Assembly: GCA_964519445.1 (NCBI GenBank)
Contig: CAZFIH010000002.1
Location: 6,130 to 42,353 of the forward strand
DNA length: 36,224 nt
Reading direction: 5' to 3'
From: an uncultured Bdellovibrionales bacterium
GTDB taxonomy: Bacteria; Patescibacteriota; Minisyncoccia; Moranbacterales; UBA11712
The translations under genes were made by a program, and so were the position numbers. Every line of letters starts with the position of its first letter. Position 1 is the first letter of the stretch. Below the pieces are notes generated by a model. The model was given only the letters and a program-made list of their open reading frames with translations. It made no database searches and was not told the origin of the DNA. Shown here piece after piece: positions 6,855 through 14,847 of this stretch.

Positions 6855-7904
6855 ATGACAATACCCAAGAGAAAAATCAAAGTGGCTATGGTCGCGCCTC
6901 CGTTTGGCGCCATAGGCGGTCCGGAGGTAGTCGTCCAGAATCTTTCACACGCCCTTGCAAACAAGAACGTTCACGTCACCCTTTTTGCTCCGGGAGACTG
7001 GAAGATAAGGTCGAGAAATATAAAGCACATCAAAACTCTCCCTAAAAGTCTCTGGAATATGAAAGGGTTCCGGGAGCAAACCCGTAGGGTGAGAAGGAAT
7101 TTGATCATCTCGAGCCAAATTCAAGTTTTGTTCAGCAAAGAAAAATTTGACCTTATTCATCTTCATTCGTCGACTTACGCCTATTCCATAGGCGTTTTTT
7201 CCGAAATACCTTGCCTGGTCTCTTTTCACAGTATGATTACGATTCCGGAATACAAGCAGATTAGAAAAGCCGGGATTGTTCCGATTTCTCTTTCCAGATG
7301 GCAAAAAGGGAAACTAAAAACTGCTGCGACAATCTGGAACGGCGTGCCGGTGAAGAAAAAACTCTACTCACTTGACCGGGGATCCTACCTTATCACCGTT
7401 GGAAGGCTCACTGACCAAAAGGGAATTGATACTGCTATTCAAGTGGCCAGAAAAACAAACAAGAAACTGCTAATTTTCGGCAGGATCGGAAATACAGAAA
7501 AAAGGCAGACTTACTACCAAAAGAAAATAGAGCCTTATTTAGATAGAAAGAAAATTATCTATATGGGCGAAGTTTCAAATGAAAAAATTTTTTCCTACTT
7601 AAGGGGAGCAGAGGCATTACTGTTTCCAATCAGAAGACCGGAAGTATGTCCCATGATTATCGCGGAATCTCTCGCCTCCGGAACGCCGGTTATTGGCACA
7701 AAAGTAGACCCCCTTCCTGAACTTCTAGGAAAAGACAAAAAAATCGGATTTCTTTCGGACGAATTGAAAAAACTCATCAAGGCAGCAAAAGAAACAGATA
7801 AGTTTGACAGGCAAGCTTGTCGCGATTATGCAGAAAAACATTTTGACAGTGATATTATGGCCGCGAAGTACATGGGCTTGTACAAGAAAATTACCAAGAC
7901 TTAA
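6855..7904 (+). CDS. glycosyltransferase family 4 (GT-B, group 1)
   Basis: ITVGRLTDQKGID and EVCPMIIAESLASGTPVIGT match the EX7E-type C-terminal motif region. Length is 349 aa. Confidence 0.85.
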   Translation: MTIPKRKIKVAMVAPPFGAIGGPEVVVQNLSHALANKNVHVTLFAPGDWKIRSRNIKHIKTLPKSLWNMKGFREQTRRVRRNLIISSQIQVLFSKEKFDLIHLHSSTYAYSIGVFSEIPCLVSFHSMITIPEYKQIRKAGIVPISLSRWQKGKLKTAATIWNGVPVKKKLYSLDRGSYLITVGRLTDQKGIDTAIQVARKTNKKLLIFGRIGNTEKRQTYYQKKIEPYLDRKKIIYMGEVSNEKIFSYLRGAEALLFPIRRPEVCPMIIAESLASGTPVIGTKVDPLPELLGKDKKIGFLSDELKKLIKAAKETDKFDRQACRDYAEKHFDSDIMAAKYMGLYKKITKT

Positions 7905-7920
7905 AGCGTTCTAAAAAAAC

Positions 7921-8715
7921 ATGACGGAACTCGCTATTCTTTTTTGGTTCTACAAAAAGCCCCTGGTTTGCAAAAACCATCTTACCATCCTGAAAAAACA
8001 CAACCCGGGATTAAAAATCTACGGGCTGTTTGGCGGCAAACCCAGCGAGTCATCCAAATACAAAAGTATTTTAAATGACTATTTAGATGACTTTTATGCT
8101 TTTCCTTCTGGCAAGTCAAGATGGAAGTGGCTTAACGGGGATTTAATGATTCTTGACTGGTATCAAAAGCGCGGAAAAAATTTGCCCTGGGATAGCCTCG
8201 CAATTGTTCAATGGGATCTGCTCGTCCTAACCGATCTTGGGAAAAAGTTCGAAAAAATAAAGAAAGGTCAATTATATCTCTCTGGGCCGCGGACACTAGA
8301 AAATAACTTAGAAAATCGATGGCTATGGACAAGACCGGGCAGCATCTATAGAAAAGAATATATTGATTTTTCAAACCACGTGAGGGTTAATCACGGTTTC
8401 AGAAACAAAATGCGTTGCTGCCTATTCATATTTCAAATTTTTCCAAGATCCTTTCTTGAAAAACTTGCCAATACAAAAAACTTCCAGCTAGGATTTCTTG
8501 AGTATAAAATCCCGACTTATGCCAGGATATTCAAAATTCCCGGGTTCAAAAAAGAAATTGGCTGTCACTGGTTTGACGAAGAAATATCAAAAAGCTCCTT
8601 TCCTCTGAATGCTGACTCAAATGAAATAAGTAAATCCTACATAATTTCGGAACTGGAGAAAAAGCGAGGATACAGGATTTTTCACCCCTTTACTAAAATT
8701 TGGAAAGTATCATAG
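7921..8715 (+). CDS. hypothetical protein (no motif recognised)
   Basis: 264-aa ORF, co-directional, 16 nt after the GT4 gene. It has no TM segments or catalytic motifs that I can name. Confidence 0.6.
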   Translation: MTELAILFWFYKKPLVCKNHLTILKKHNPGLKIYGLFGGKPSESSKYKSILNDYLDDFYAFPSGKSRWKWLNGDLMILDWYQKRGKNLPWDSLAIVQWDLLVLTDLGKKFEKIKKGQLYLSGPRTLENNLENRWLWTRPGSIYRKEYIDFSNHVRVNHGFRNKMRCCLFIFQIFPRSFLEKLANTKNFQLGFLEYKIPTYARIFKIPGFKKEIGCHWFDEEISKSSFPLNADSNEISKSYIISELEKKRGYRIFHPFTKIWKVS

Positions 8716-8732
8716 AAACAATTTCCCAAAAC

Positions 8733-10085
8733 ATGACCAATAGACTCGGAGTCGAGCCAATAGACGCAAGATGGTTTGCACGGTTTTCCAAAATCGCCTC
8801 CTTTCAGGTATATGAATATTTTGCGGGGGATCAGAAATATCGCGACCGGCAGAAAAAGCTGTTTCTCGAGGACAAAGCTGAAAATCCGAAATTGGATTAT
8901 CCTCTTCTTGGCTCTCGACAACTTCAGCAAAAAAGAATCAAGCTGAAAAAACTTTTGGATGATATTGCGGAACAAGAGAAAAATTCTCTGGTTCGCCGAG
9001 CTTATCAAAAAAAGATAAAAGAAAAAATAACAGGAATCGATTTGCTTCTTGCTTCTCAAAGGAAAAATTGGAAAATTTTTTCCAAAAACTGCCAAAAGCT
9101 CTACAGCCGTCCGACTCTTCAAGGCCAGGGACATACTATAAGCTGGCTGAAAAAAAAGCTTGACCAGGCAGAAAAGAAAAATTATTTCGGAATTTCTGAA
9201 GACAAAATAGTCGAACTTGAAAGTTTTATTTTCAATTGGACCAAAAAAATTCCTTCCAAATACAGGCGTATAAAAAAGCCGAGAAACGCTATTTTTCAAA
9301 AGGCGAGAAAAAATTTCCTGGATGATTTCGGGAAGATATTTCAACCCGCGAAAAAGAATCAGGCACCGTTTGACGCAGTCGCGACAAGCAAAATATTTAA
9401 CTCGTCTTTAGAGTTGGGAGGTTTTCCTGATTGGAAAGCGAATGTAGCCAGGAGCAATTCGATAAGTATCAGTGTCGACATCGGGCGAAAGCAAATAAAA
9501 ATTCCCCACAGGAAAAAACTGTATCTTTCTGATTTGAAAAGCCTTATCGCTCATGAAATCGGGACTCACGTGGTTCGTCAATCCAACGGAGAAAAAAGCG
9601 GCCTGTTCCTTCTTGGCGTCGGTTTGGCTCGCTACGAGCAGGGCGAAGAAGGCATCGCTACTTTTCGAGAGCAATTGACCCGGCCACAGTTTGACGATTT
9701 TCTTGGTTTTCCGGGATTTTTGCCAATCTGCTTGGCTCTCGGCTCTGATGGGAAAAAAAGAAATTTTCGGGCGGTTTTTGAGATGCTTGAGGCAATTTTC
9801 TTTCTTCTCAAGATGCTTGGCGGGAAAAAATCGGCTAAAGCGAAAAGGGAAGCAAGGGAGGAAGCCTGGGAAAGATCAGTCCGTACTTTTCGGGGAACGG
9901 ACTGCTCTACTCCCGGGACATGCTTCATGAAAGACATTATTTATCGCGAGGGAAATATAAGAATTTGGCGTCTTGTCTCGAATAAACCCTCTCTAATGAA
10001 AGATTTTAATATTGGAAAGTACGATCCGGCTAACCCCGAGCATCTCGAAATCATCGAGTCGCTAAAAAAACTCTCTCCAGATTAG
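8733..10085 (+). CDS. DUF1704 / MATCAP-like (QEGLA-motif family) putative metallocarboxypeptidase
   Basis: HEIGTH (an HExxxH motif, 9552-9569) is followed by YEQGEEGIATFRE (9639-9659 region), which resembles the family's QEGLA motif. I prefer the ATG at 8733; a TTG at 8700 is the alternative start. Confidence 0.72.
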   Translation: MTNRLGVEPIDARWFARFSKIASFQVYEYFAGDQKYRDRQKKLFLEDKAENPKLDYPLLGSRQLQQKRIKLKKLLDDIAEQEKNSLVRRAYQKKIKEKITGIDLLLASQRKNWKIFSKNCQKLYSRPTLQGQGHTISWLKKKLDQAEKKNYFGISEDKIVELESFIFNWTKKIPSKYRRIKKPRNAIFQKARKNFLDDFGKIFQPAKKNQAPFDAVATSKIFNSSLELGGFPDWKANVARSNSISISVDIGRKQIKIPHRKKLYLSDLKSLIAHEIGTHVVRQSNGEKSGLFLLGVGLARYEQGEEGIATFREQLTRPQFDDFLGFPGFLPICLALGSDGKKRNFRAVFEMLEAIFFLLKMLGGKKSAKAKREAREEAWERSVRTFRGTDCSTPGTCFMKDIIYREGNIRIWRLVSNKPSLMKDFNIGKYDPANPEHLEIIESLKKLSPD

Positions 10086-10137
10086 TGCATAGCCTAAAAA
10101 AAGCATCGGTTTTTAATATTCTTCCCAAAGATCGTCT

Positions 10138-10638
10138 ATGGTCAAGATTATCTCCCTAAAAAAACCGACAAAAAACGACCTTCTTCGTCTGATGCGAATG
10201 CACAACAAATTATTTCCTCTTTCCAGGTGGAACGTAAAGGGGTTGAGTGAATATTTTTTCGATAAACATTATCGTCCGATCTGCTTCGTCATATATTTTA
10301 ATAAAAAATGCGCCGGCTATATAATAGGAAGACCGCCCCCAAGCAACAAAAGATCTTTCAATCTAATATCCCTTGGAATCAAACCGAGATATCGCCGAAG
10401 GGGACTAGCAATCCTTCTGATGAAAAATTTTTACCGTGCTGTTTTGAAAAAAAAGTCTTTTGAAAAGGTTTACCTCCACTTTCGGAGATCAAATGATTTG
10501 GAAAAATTCTACTCGAAATTCGGGTTTAGAAACACTTGTTTGGCCGGAAAACATCCCGACGGCGAGAGAAAATATTACATGGAAGCCAGTCGCAAAAATA
10601 TCGAAAAATATTTAAAATCAAACAAAAAAATAAAATAA
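10138..10638 (+). CDS. GNAT-family N-acetyltransferase (RimI-like size)
   Basis: LISLGIKPRYRRRGLAILLM is a GNAT motif A (R/Q-x-x-G-x-A). Length is 166 aa. Confidence 0.8.
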   Translation: MVKIISLKKPTKNDLLRLMRMHNKLFPLSRWNVKGLSEYFFDKHYRPICFVIYFNKKCAGYIIGRPPPSNKRSFNLISLGIKPRYRRRGLAILLMKNFYRAVLKKKSFEKVYLHFRRSNDLEKFYSKFGFRNTCLAGKHPDGERKYYMEASRKNIEKYLKSNKKIK

Positions 10639-10640
10639 TA

Positions 10641-10778
10641 GTTAAGGTACTCAAGAAAAACCCCGAAGAAGAAAAACGTTTCTCTGTTGGAAAATACGAT
10701 CCTTCGAACCCTCGTCATCTAGCGGCACTCAATCAGCTTCGCATCAGCGACGAGGACTTAGAAAAACTGGAAAAATAG
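10641..10778 (+). pseudogene. relic 3' end of a second DUF1704/MATCAP-like gene
   Basis: The translation KVLKKNPEEEKRFSVGKYDPSNPRHLAALNQL aligns with the C-terminus of the 8733-10085 product (RLVSNKPSLMKDFNIGKYDPANPEHLEIIESL). At the DNA level, TTGGAAAGTACGATCC (10012-10027) matches TTGGAAAATACGATCC (10687-10702). There is no plausible start codon after the GNAT stop. Confidence 0.6.
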
Positions 10779-10847
10779 TGTAAACTGTTATTGTAGCAAA
10801 AAAGAATAAATGGGAATAAAATACTCCGTAAAATTCGTATATATCCT

Positions 10848-13070
10848 GTGAAAACCATAATCAACAACGCTAAAAAAGCCTTGAACAAGCCTAAAAGGGG
10901 GCGCAAATGGCCGTGGACGCTACTCAAAATATGCGGCTGGACGGCGGCAGCCGGTCTTCTTCTCGCGATCGGCGTTTTTGCCTATTTCGCAAAGGATCTT
11001 CCGAGTCCCGGGAAACTTGACAAGCGCCGGGTAGTCCAGTCAACCAAAATTCTCGACCGCACCGGCGAACATATTCTTTACGAAATTCATGGGGAGGAAA
11101 AACGAACATCTATTGCTTTTAAGGACATGGGAGAAATAATAAAAGCAGCCACCGTCGCTTCGGAGGACCAAACCTTCTACCAGCATCGCGGCGTGCAGTT
11201 CAAAGCAGTCGTGCGCGCAGCCATCTATGACATTCTGGGACGCGCTAGATCCCAAGGGGGATCAACTATTACCCAGCAGCTAATCAAGAATACCGTTCTC
11301 ACTAAAGAAAAAACTTTCACGCGCAAAGTGAAAGAGGTGATTTTGTCCGTCGAACTCGAACAGCGTTTTTCCAAACAAGAAATACTTGAGATGTATCTCA
11401 ATGAAATACCATACGGCTCCAACGCCTACGGCATCCAAGCCGCCGCCCAAACCTATTTTGGAAAAGACGCCCGAAATTTGGATTTGGCGGAAGCGGCCCT
11501 TCTTACGTCTCTGCCGAAAGCTCCAACTTACTATTCACCCTATGGATCTCACCTGGAAGACCTAAAGGCACGCCAGGAATATGTCCTTGACCAGATGAAA
11601 AACATGGGCTATATCACCGAAGAAGACGCCCGGTCCGCAAAAGGATTTGATGTTCTTTCGAAAGTGAAGCCCTTCCGGGAAAACATCCAAGCTCCCCACT
11701 TCGTTATGTATGTCAAAGAACAGCTGGTCGCGAAATACGGAGAAAAGCAGGCTGAAGAGGGTGGGATGAAAGTCTATACGACACTCGACTGGGAAAAACA
11801 AAAAATCGCCGAAGAGGCTGTAAGGACCGGAGCGGCTAACAATGTCAAATACCGCGCGTCCAACGCGGCCCTCGTTGCTATTGATCCCAAAACCGGCCAA
11901 ATCCTAGCCATGGTCGGATCCAAGGATTACTTCGACAAATCAATTGACGGAAACGTCAATGTCGCTATCCGTGACCGCCAGCCGGGATCTTCTTTCAAGC
12001 CCTATGTTTACGCCACCGCCTTCAAAAAAGGATACACTCCCGACACGATCATTTTTGACGTCAAGACGGATTTCGGTACGAAAGAAAAGCCTTATGAGCC
12101 CGAAAACTACTCCAGCTCTTATAGCGGTCCGGTCAAAATGAAAGAAGCATTGGGAAGATCTCTTAATCTTCCGGCCGTAAAGACTTTGTATTTAGCGGGC
12201 GTCAACAATTCCATCAACACCGCCCAGGCGATGGGAATCACCACCCTAAAAAACCGCAGCCGTTATGGATTGTCTCTTGTCCTGGGCGGCGGCGAGGTAA
12301 AATTAGTCGACCATGCCAGTGCTTTCGGAACCTTTGCCGCCGGGGGCGTCCACCATGAAAAAACAGCCATTCTCAAGATAACGGATGCAAATAATAATAT
12401 TATTGAAGAATACCAGGGTGATACCGGAGAAAAAGTTCTTGATAAGGATATATGCGCCCAGATTAGCGCCATTCTTTCCGACAATAAGCTGCGCTCGCCC
12501 GTTTTTGGATCAAACAGCCCCCTGCGCTTCGACAGCCGGCCAGTCGCTGCCAAAACCGGAACTACCAATGAATGGCGAGACGCCTGGACGGTGGGCTATG
12601 CTCCGAACCTGGTTGCGGGGGTCTGGGCTGGAAACAACAATAACACTCCCATGGCAAAAGGCGCCGACGGCGTCTATGTGGCCGCTCCTATTTGGAAAGA
12701 ATTCATGGAAAAAGCGCTTTCCAATATGGCGGTTGAAAGTTTTCCGGAACCCGAAGAAATAAAAACCAAGAAAGCTGTCTTGGATGGAAATATTAGGATA
12801 GAAGAAAAAGAAGTGAAAGTCTGCAAAGATGACGATGGTGATTACTGTCTTCCAAAAAATAATGACTGTCCCGATGATACTGACTCGAAAAAGAAAACCT
12901 TATTCAGCGCTCACAGCATTCTCTATTGGGTGGACAAAGACAATCCGCGCGGAGATATTCCAAAATCCCCCCAAAAAGATCCTCAATTCCAAGCCTGGGA
13001 AAAGGGCATTTTGAAATGGGCCGATAAAGAAGATTTTGACATCAAAAGCGAATTAAAAGAATGTGACTGA
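10848..13070 (+). CDS. class A penicillin-binding protein (bifunctional transglycosylase/transpeptidase, PBP1A-type)
   Basis: GT51 motifs EDQTFYQHRG and GGSTITQQL. Transpeptidase motifs SSFK, SLN and KTGT. An N-terminal TM anchor is present. The start codon is GTG at 10848. Confidence 0.95.
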   Translation: MKTIINNAKKALNKPKRGRKWPWTLLKICGWTAAAGLLLAIGVFAYFAKDLPSPGKLDKRRVVQSTKILDRTGEHILYEIHGEEKRTSIAFKDMGEIIKAATVASEDQTFYQHRGVQFKAVVRAAIYDILGRARSQGGSTITQQLIKNTVLTKEKTFTRKVKEVILSVELEQRFSKQEILEMYLNEIPYGSNAYGIQAAAQTYFGKDARNLDLAEAALLTSLPKAPTYYSPYGSHLEDLKARQEYVLDQMKNMGYITEEDARSAKGFDVLSKVKPFRENIQAPHFVMYVKEQLVAKYGEKQAEEGGMKVYTTLDWEKQKIAEEAVRTGAANNVKYRASNAALVAIDPKTGQILAMVGSKDYFDKSIDGNVNVAIRDRQPGSSFKPYVYATAFKKGYTPDTIIFDVKTDFGTKEKPYEPENYSSSYSGPVKMKEALGRSLNLPAVKTLYLAGVNNSINTAQAMGITTLKNRSRYGLSLVLGGGEVKLVDHASAFGTFAAGGVHHEKTAILKITDANNNIIEEYQGDTGEKVLDKDICAQISAILSDNKLRSPVFGSNSPLRFDSRPVAAKTGTTNEWRDAWTVGYAPNLVAGVWAGNNNNTPMAKGADGVYVAAPIWKEFMEKALSNMAVESFPEPEEIKTKKAVLDGNIRIEEKEVKVCKDDDGDYCLPKNNDCPDDTDSKKKTLFSAHSILYWVDKDNPRGDIPKSPQKDPQFQAWEKGILKWADKEDFDIKSELKECD

Positions 13071-13107
13071 CCTCCCTTTTCGAAAACCCCGACCCTGATT
13101 GGAATTT

Positions 13108-13392
13108 TTATTTCACCTTTATCCCGTCAACGCATTTTGTCCCGAGAAAATTGTTGATTCTTTTTACTATCCTTTCCCTTTTTCGCCACACTTCATTTGC
13201 TTCCGCCGGGTGGCTTGTTTTCACAAAGAGCTTCCCTTTTTTCACAAAAACGTCGGCGGCATTTAGGCTATTCACGCCGGGGGTCTCTGTCTTTAAAACA
13301 TCAAAAAATACCTGCCTAATAACTTGCTCATCAAGAATTTCTGATTTCTTTTTTTTCTTCTGATTTTTTATCAGCTCAGCGATTGATTTCAT
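13108..13392 (-). CDS. dciA: DUF721 / DciA-like protein (putative replicative-helicase operator)
   Basis: 94 aa. The ...DVFVKKGKLFVKTSHPAEANEVWRKRERIVKRINNFLG... pattern fits DUF721. It sits immediately downstream of dnaN, in the position DUF721 occupies in other origin modules. Confidence 0.65.
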   Translation of the reverse strand: MKSIAELIKNQKKKKKSEILDEQVIRQVFFDVLKTETPGVNSLNAADVFVKKGKLFVKTSHPAEANEVWRKRERIVKRINNFLGTKCVDGIKVK

Positions 13393-13409
13393 GAATATTT
13401 CCCACTGGA

Positions 13410-14558
13410 TTAGCTTCTGATTGGCATCACTATATAGAGATAATCATCCTTCGTTTTTCCATCATTCATCTCTTGAAATATCACTGGTCCAAAACTGTCG
13501 TTAAATCCAATGTGGACTTCATTAGTGGTAATCGCGTTTACGGCGTCAATTAAATAGCGACTGTTAAAAGAGATTTGATATTCTCCCTCGGCGCTTATTT
13601 GGGCGGCGACACTAGTGACGTTCTCCCCGGTTTCCATGGATTGCGACTCGATGATAATCCTATTATCATCGCCCTTTACCTTCATTTTCACCTCCCGACT
13701 CTTGCTGTCTGAAAAAATACTAGCCACTCTAACCGCTCTTAAAAGCTCTTCTCTTTGGGAAACAGCACTTGACTGAAAACCCTTGGGAACAACTTGTTTA
13801 TATTTGGGGTATTTTCCGTCGATGAGGCGGGAAACATACATCGTGTCGTCGGCTTCAAAGAATATTTGGCTTTCGCCGACATAAACTCGCACTTTTTTAG
13901 TTTCAGCGGCTAGGCTTCGGGCCACCTCCTGAATCGTCCTTGCTGGAACAATTAATGAAGTGTTTTTTGAGATATATTTCAGATAATCCTTCCCCTGGTG
14001 ATCTTTTTTTAAGCGAATTTTCGATTCCGCCAATCGGAAACTATCTGTTGCCGCCATAACCAAGCTATCTTTTTCAAAACCAAAATAAACCCCCGTTAGC
14101 TCCTGGCGCGTTTCCGAAAAAGCCGCGCACCCCACAACTTTAAGGGCACTCTTCTGAAAAACAGGCGCTTCCAGTTCCAGTAAATAATCAGATTGGGGTT
14201 TGGGAATAAGGGGAAAATCCTTGGCATCCACCCCTTTTATAACAGCTCTGTTTTGCCCCCCCAAAACAAACAGGGTGTTGTTTTTTACCTCAATACTCAA
14301 CCTCTCATTATTGGAAATATTGCTTAAAAAATTTCCCAACACTTTCCCAGAGACCGCGATCTTTCCCTCTTTTTCAATCTTTCCGCGAATAAGACGAGTT
14401 ACTCCTATTTCCAGATTAGTTGCTGAAGCTGTAATTTTCCCTTTTTCAACACACAATAAAACATTCGAGAGAATTGGCAGGGTTAGATTTTTTCCCAAAA
14501 TTCTTTCTACTGTCATAACTCCATTTTTAAAGTTTTCTACTAAAGATTTAATCTTCAT
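13410..14558 (-). CDS. dnaN: DNA polymerase III beta sliding clamp
   Basis: 382 aa. The N-terminus ...LTLPILSNVLLCVEKGKITASATNLEIGV is typical, and the gene lies downstream of dnaA. Confidence 0.9.
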   Translation of the reverse strand: MKIKSLVENFKNGVMTVERILGKNLTLPILSNVLLCVEKGKITASATNLEIGVTRLIRGKIEKEGKIAVSGKVLGNFLSNISNNERLSIEVKNNTLFVLGGQNRAVIKGVDAKDFPLIPKPQSDYLLELEAPVFQKSALKVVGCAAFSETRQELTGVYFGFEKDSLVMAATDSFRLAESKIRLKKDHQGKDYLKYISKNTSLIVPARTIQEVARSLAAETKKVRVYVGESQIFFEADDTMYVSRLIDGKYPKYKQVVPKGFQSSAVSQREELLRAVRVASIFSDSKSREVKMKVKGDDNRIIIESQSMETGENVTSVAAQISAEGEYQISFNSRYLIDAVNAITTNEVHIGFNDSFGPVIFQEMNDGKTKDDYLYIVMPIRS

Positions 14559-14847
14559 TTGTTTATAAATAATTAATTTACTATTAATAAGATATTATAA
14601 CTTTTATTTAGTATTAGTATTAGTATAAGTGTGGAAAAGAGTAAAAACCCTTATTTTCCTATTTATAAAATATTTTTTTCGTTTCGTTCTGGGTTTTTTG
14701 TGGGGAAAATGTGTTGATAAAATGTTGGGGAGTTTGGCAATAGTTTTTTTTAGGTAAATTTGCCGACTTATACCCCGTTTTCCCCATAAGAGATTTTACC
14801 ATATAAACAAATTAGTATAATATTTATCAACAAGTTTTCCGCAGAAT
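14559..14847. other. candidate oriC (dnaA-dnaN intergenic): AT-rich unwinding region plus DnaA-box-like 9-mers
   Basis: 14559-14629 is almost pure A/T and contains a TATTAG tandem. Boxes compared with TGTGGATAA/TTATCCACA: TGTGGAAAA 14630-14638, TGTGGGGAA 14699-14707, TGTTGATAA 14712-14720, TTTTCCCCA 14778-14786, TTATCAACA 14824-14832. Confidence 0.6.
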
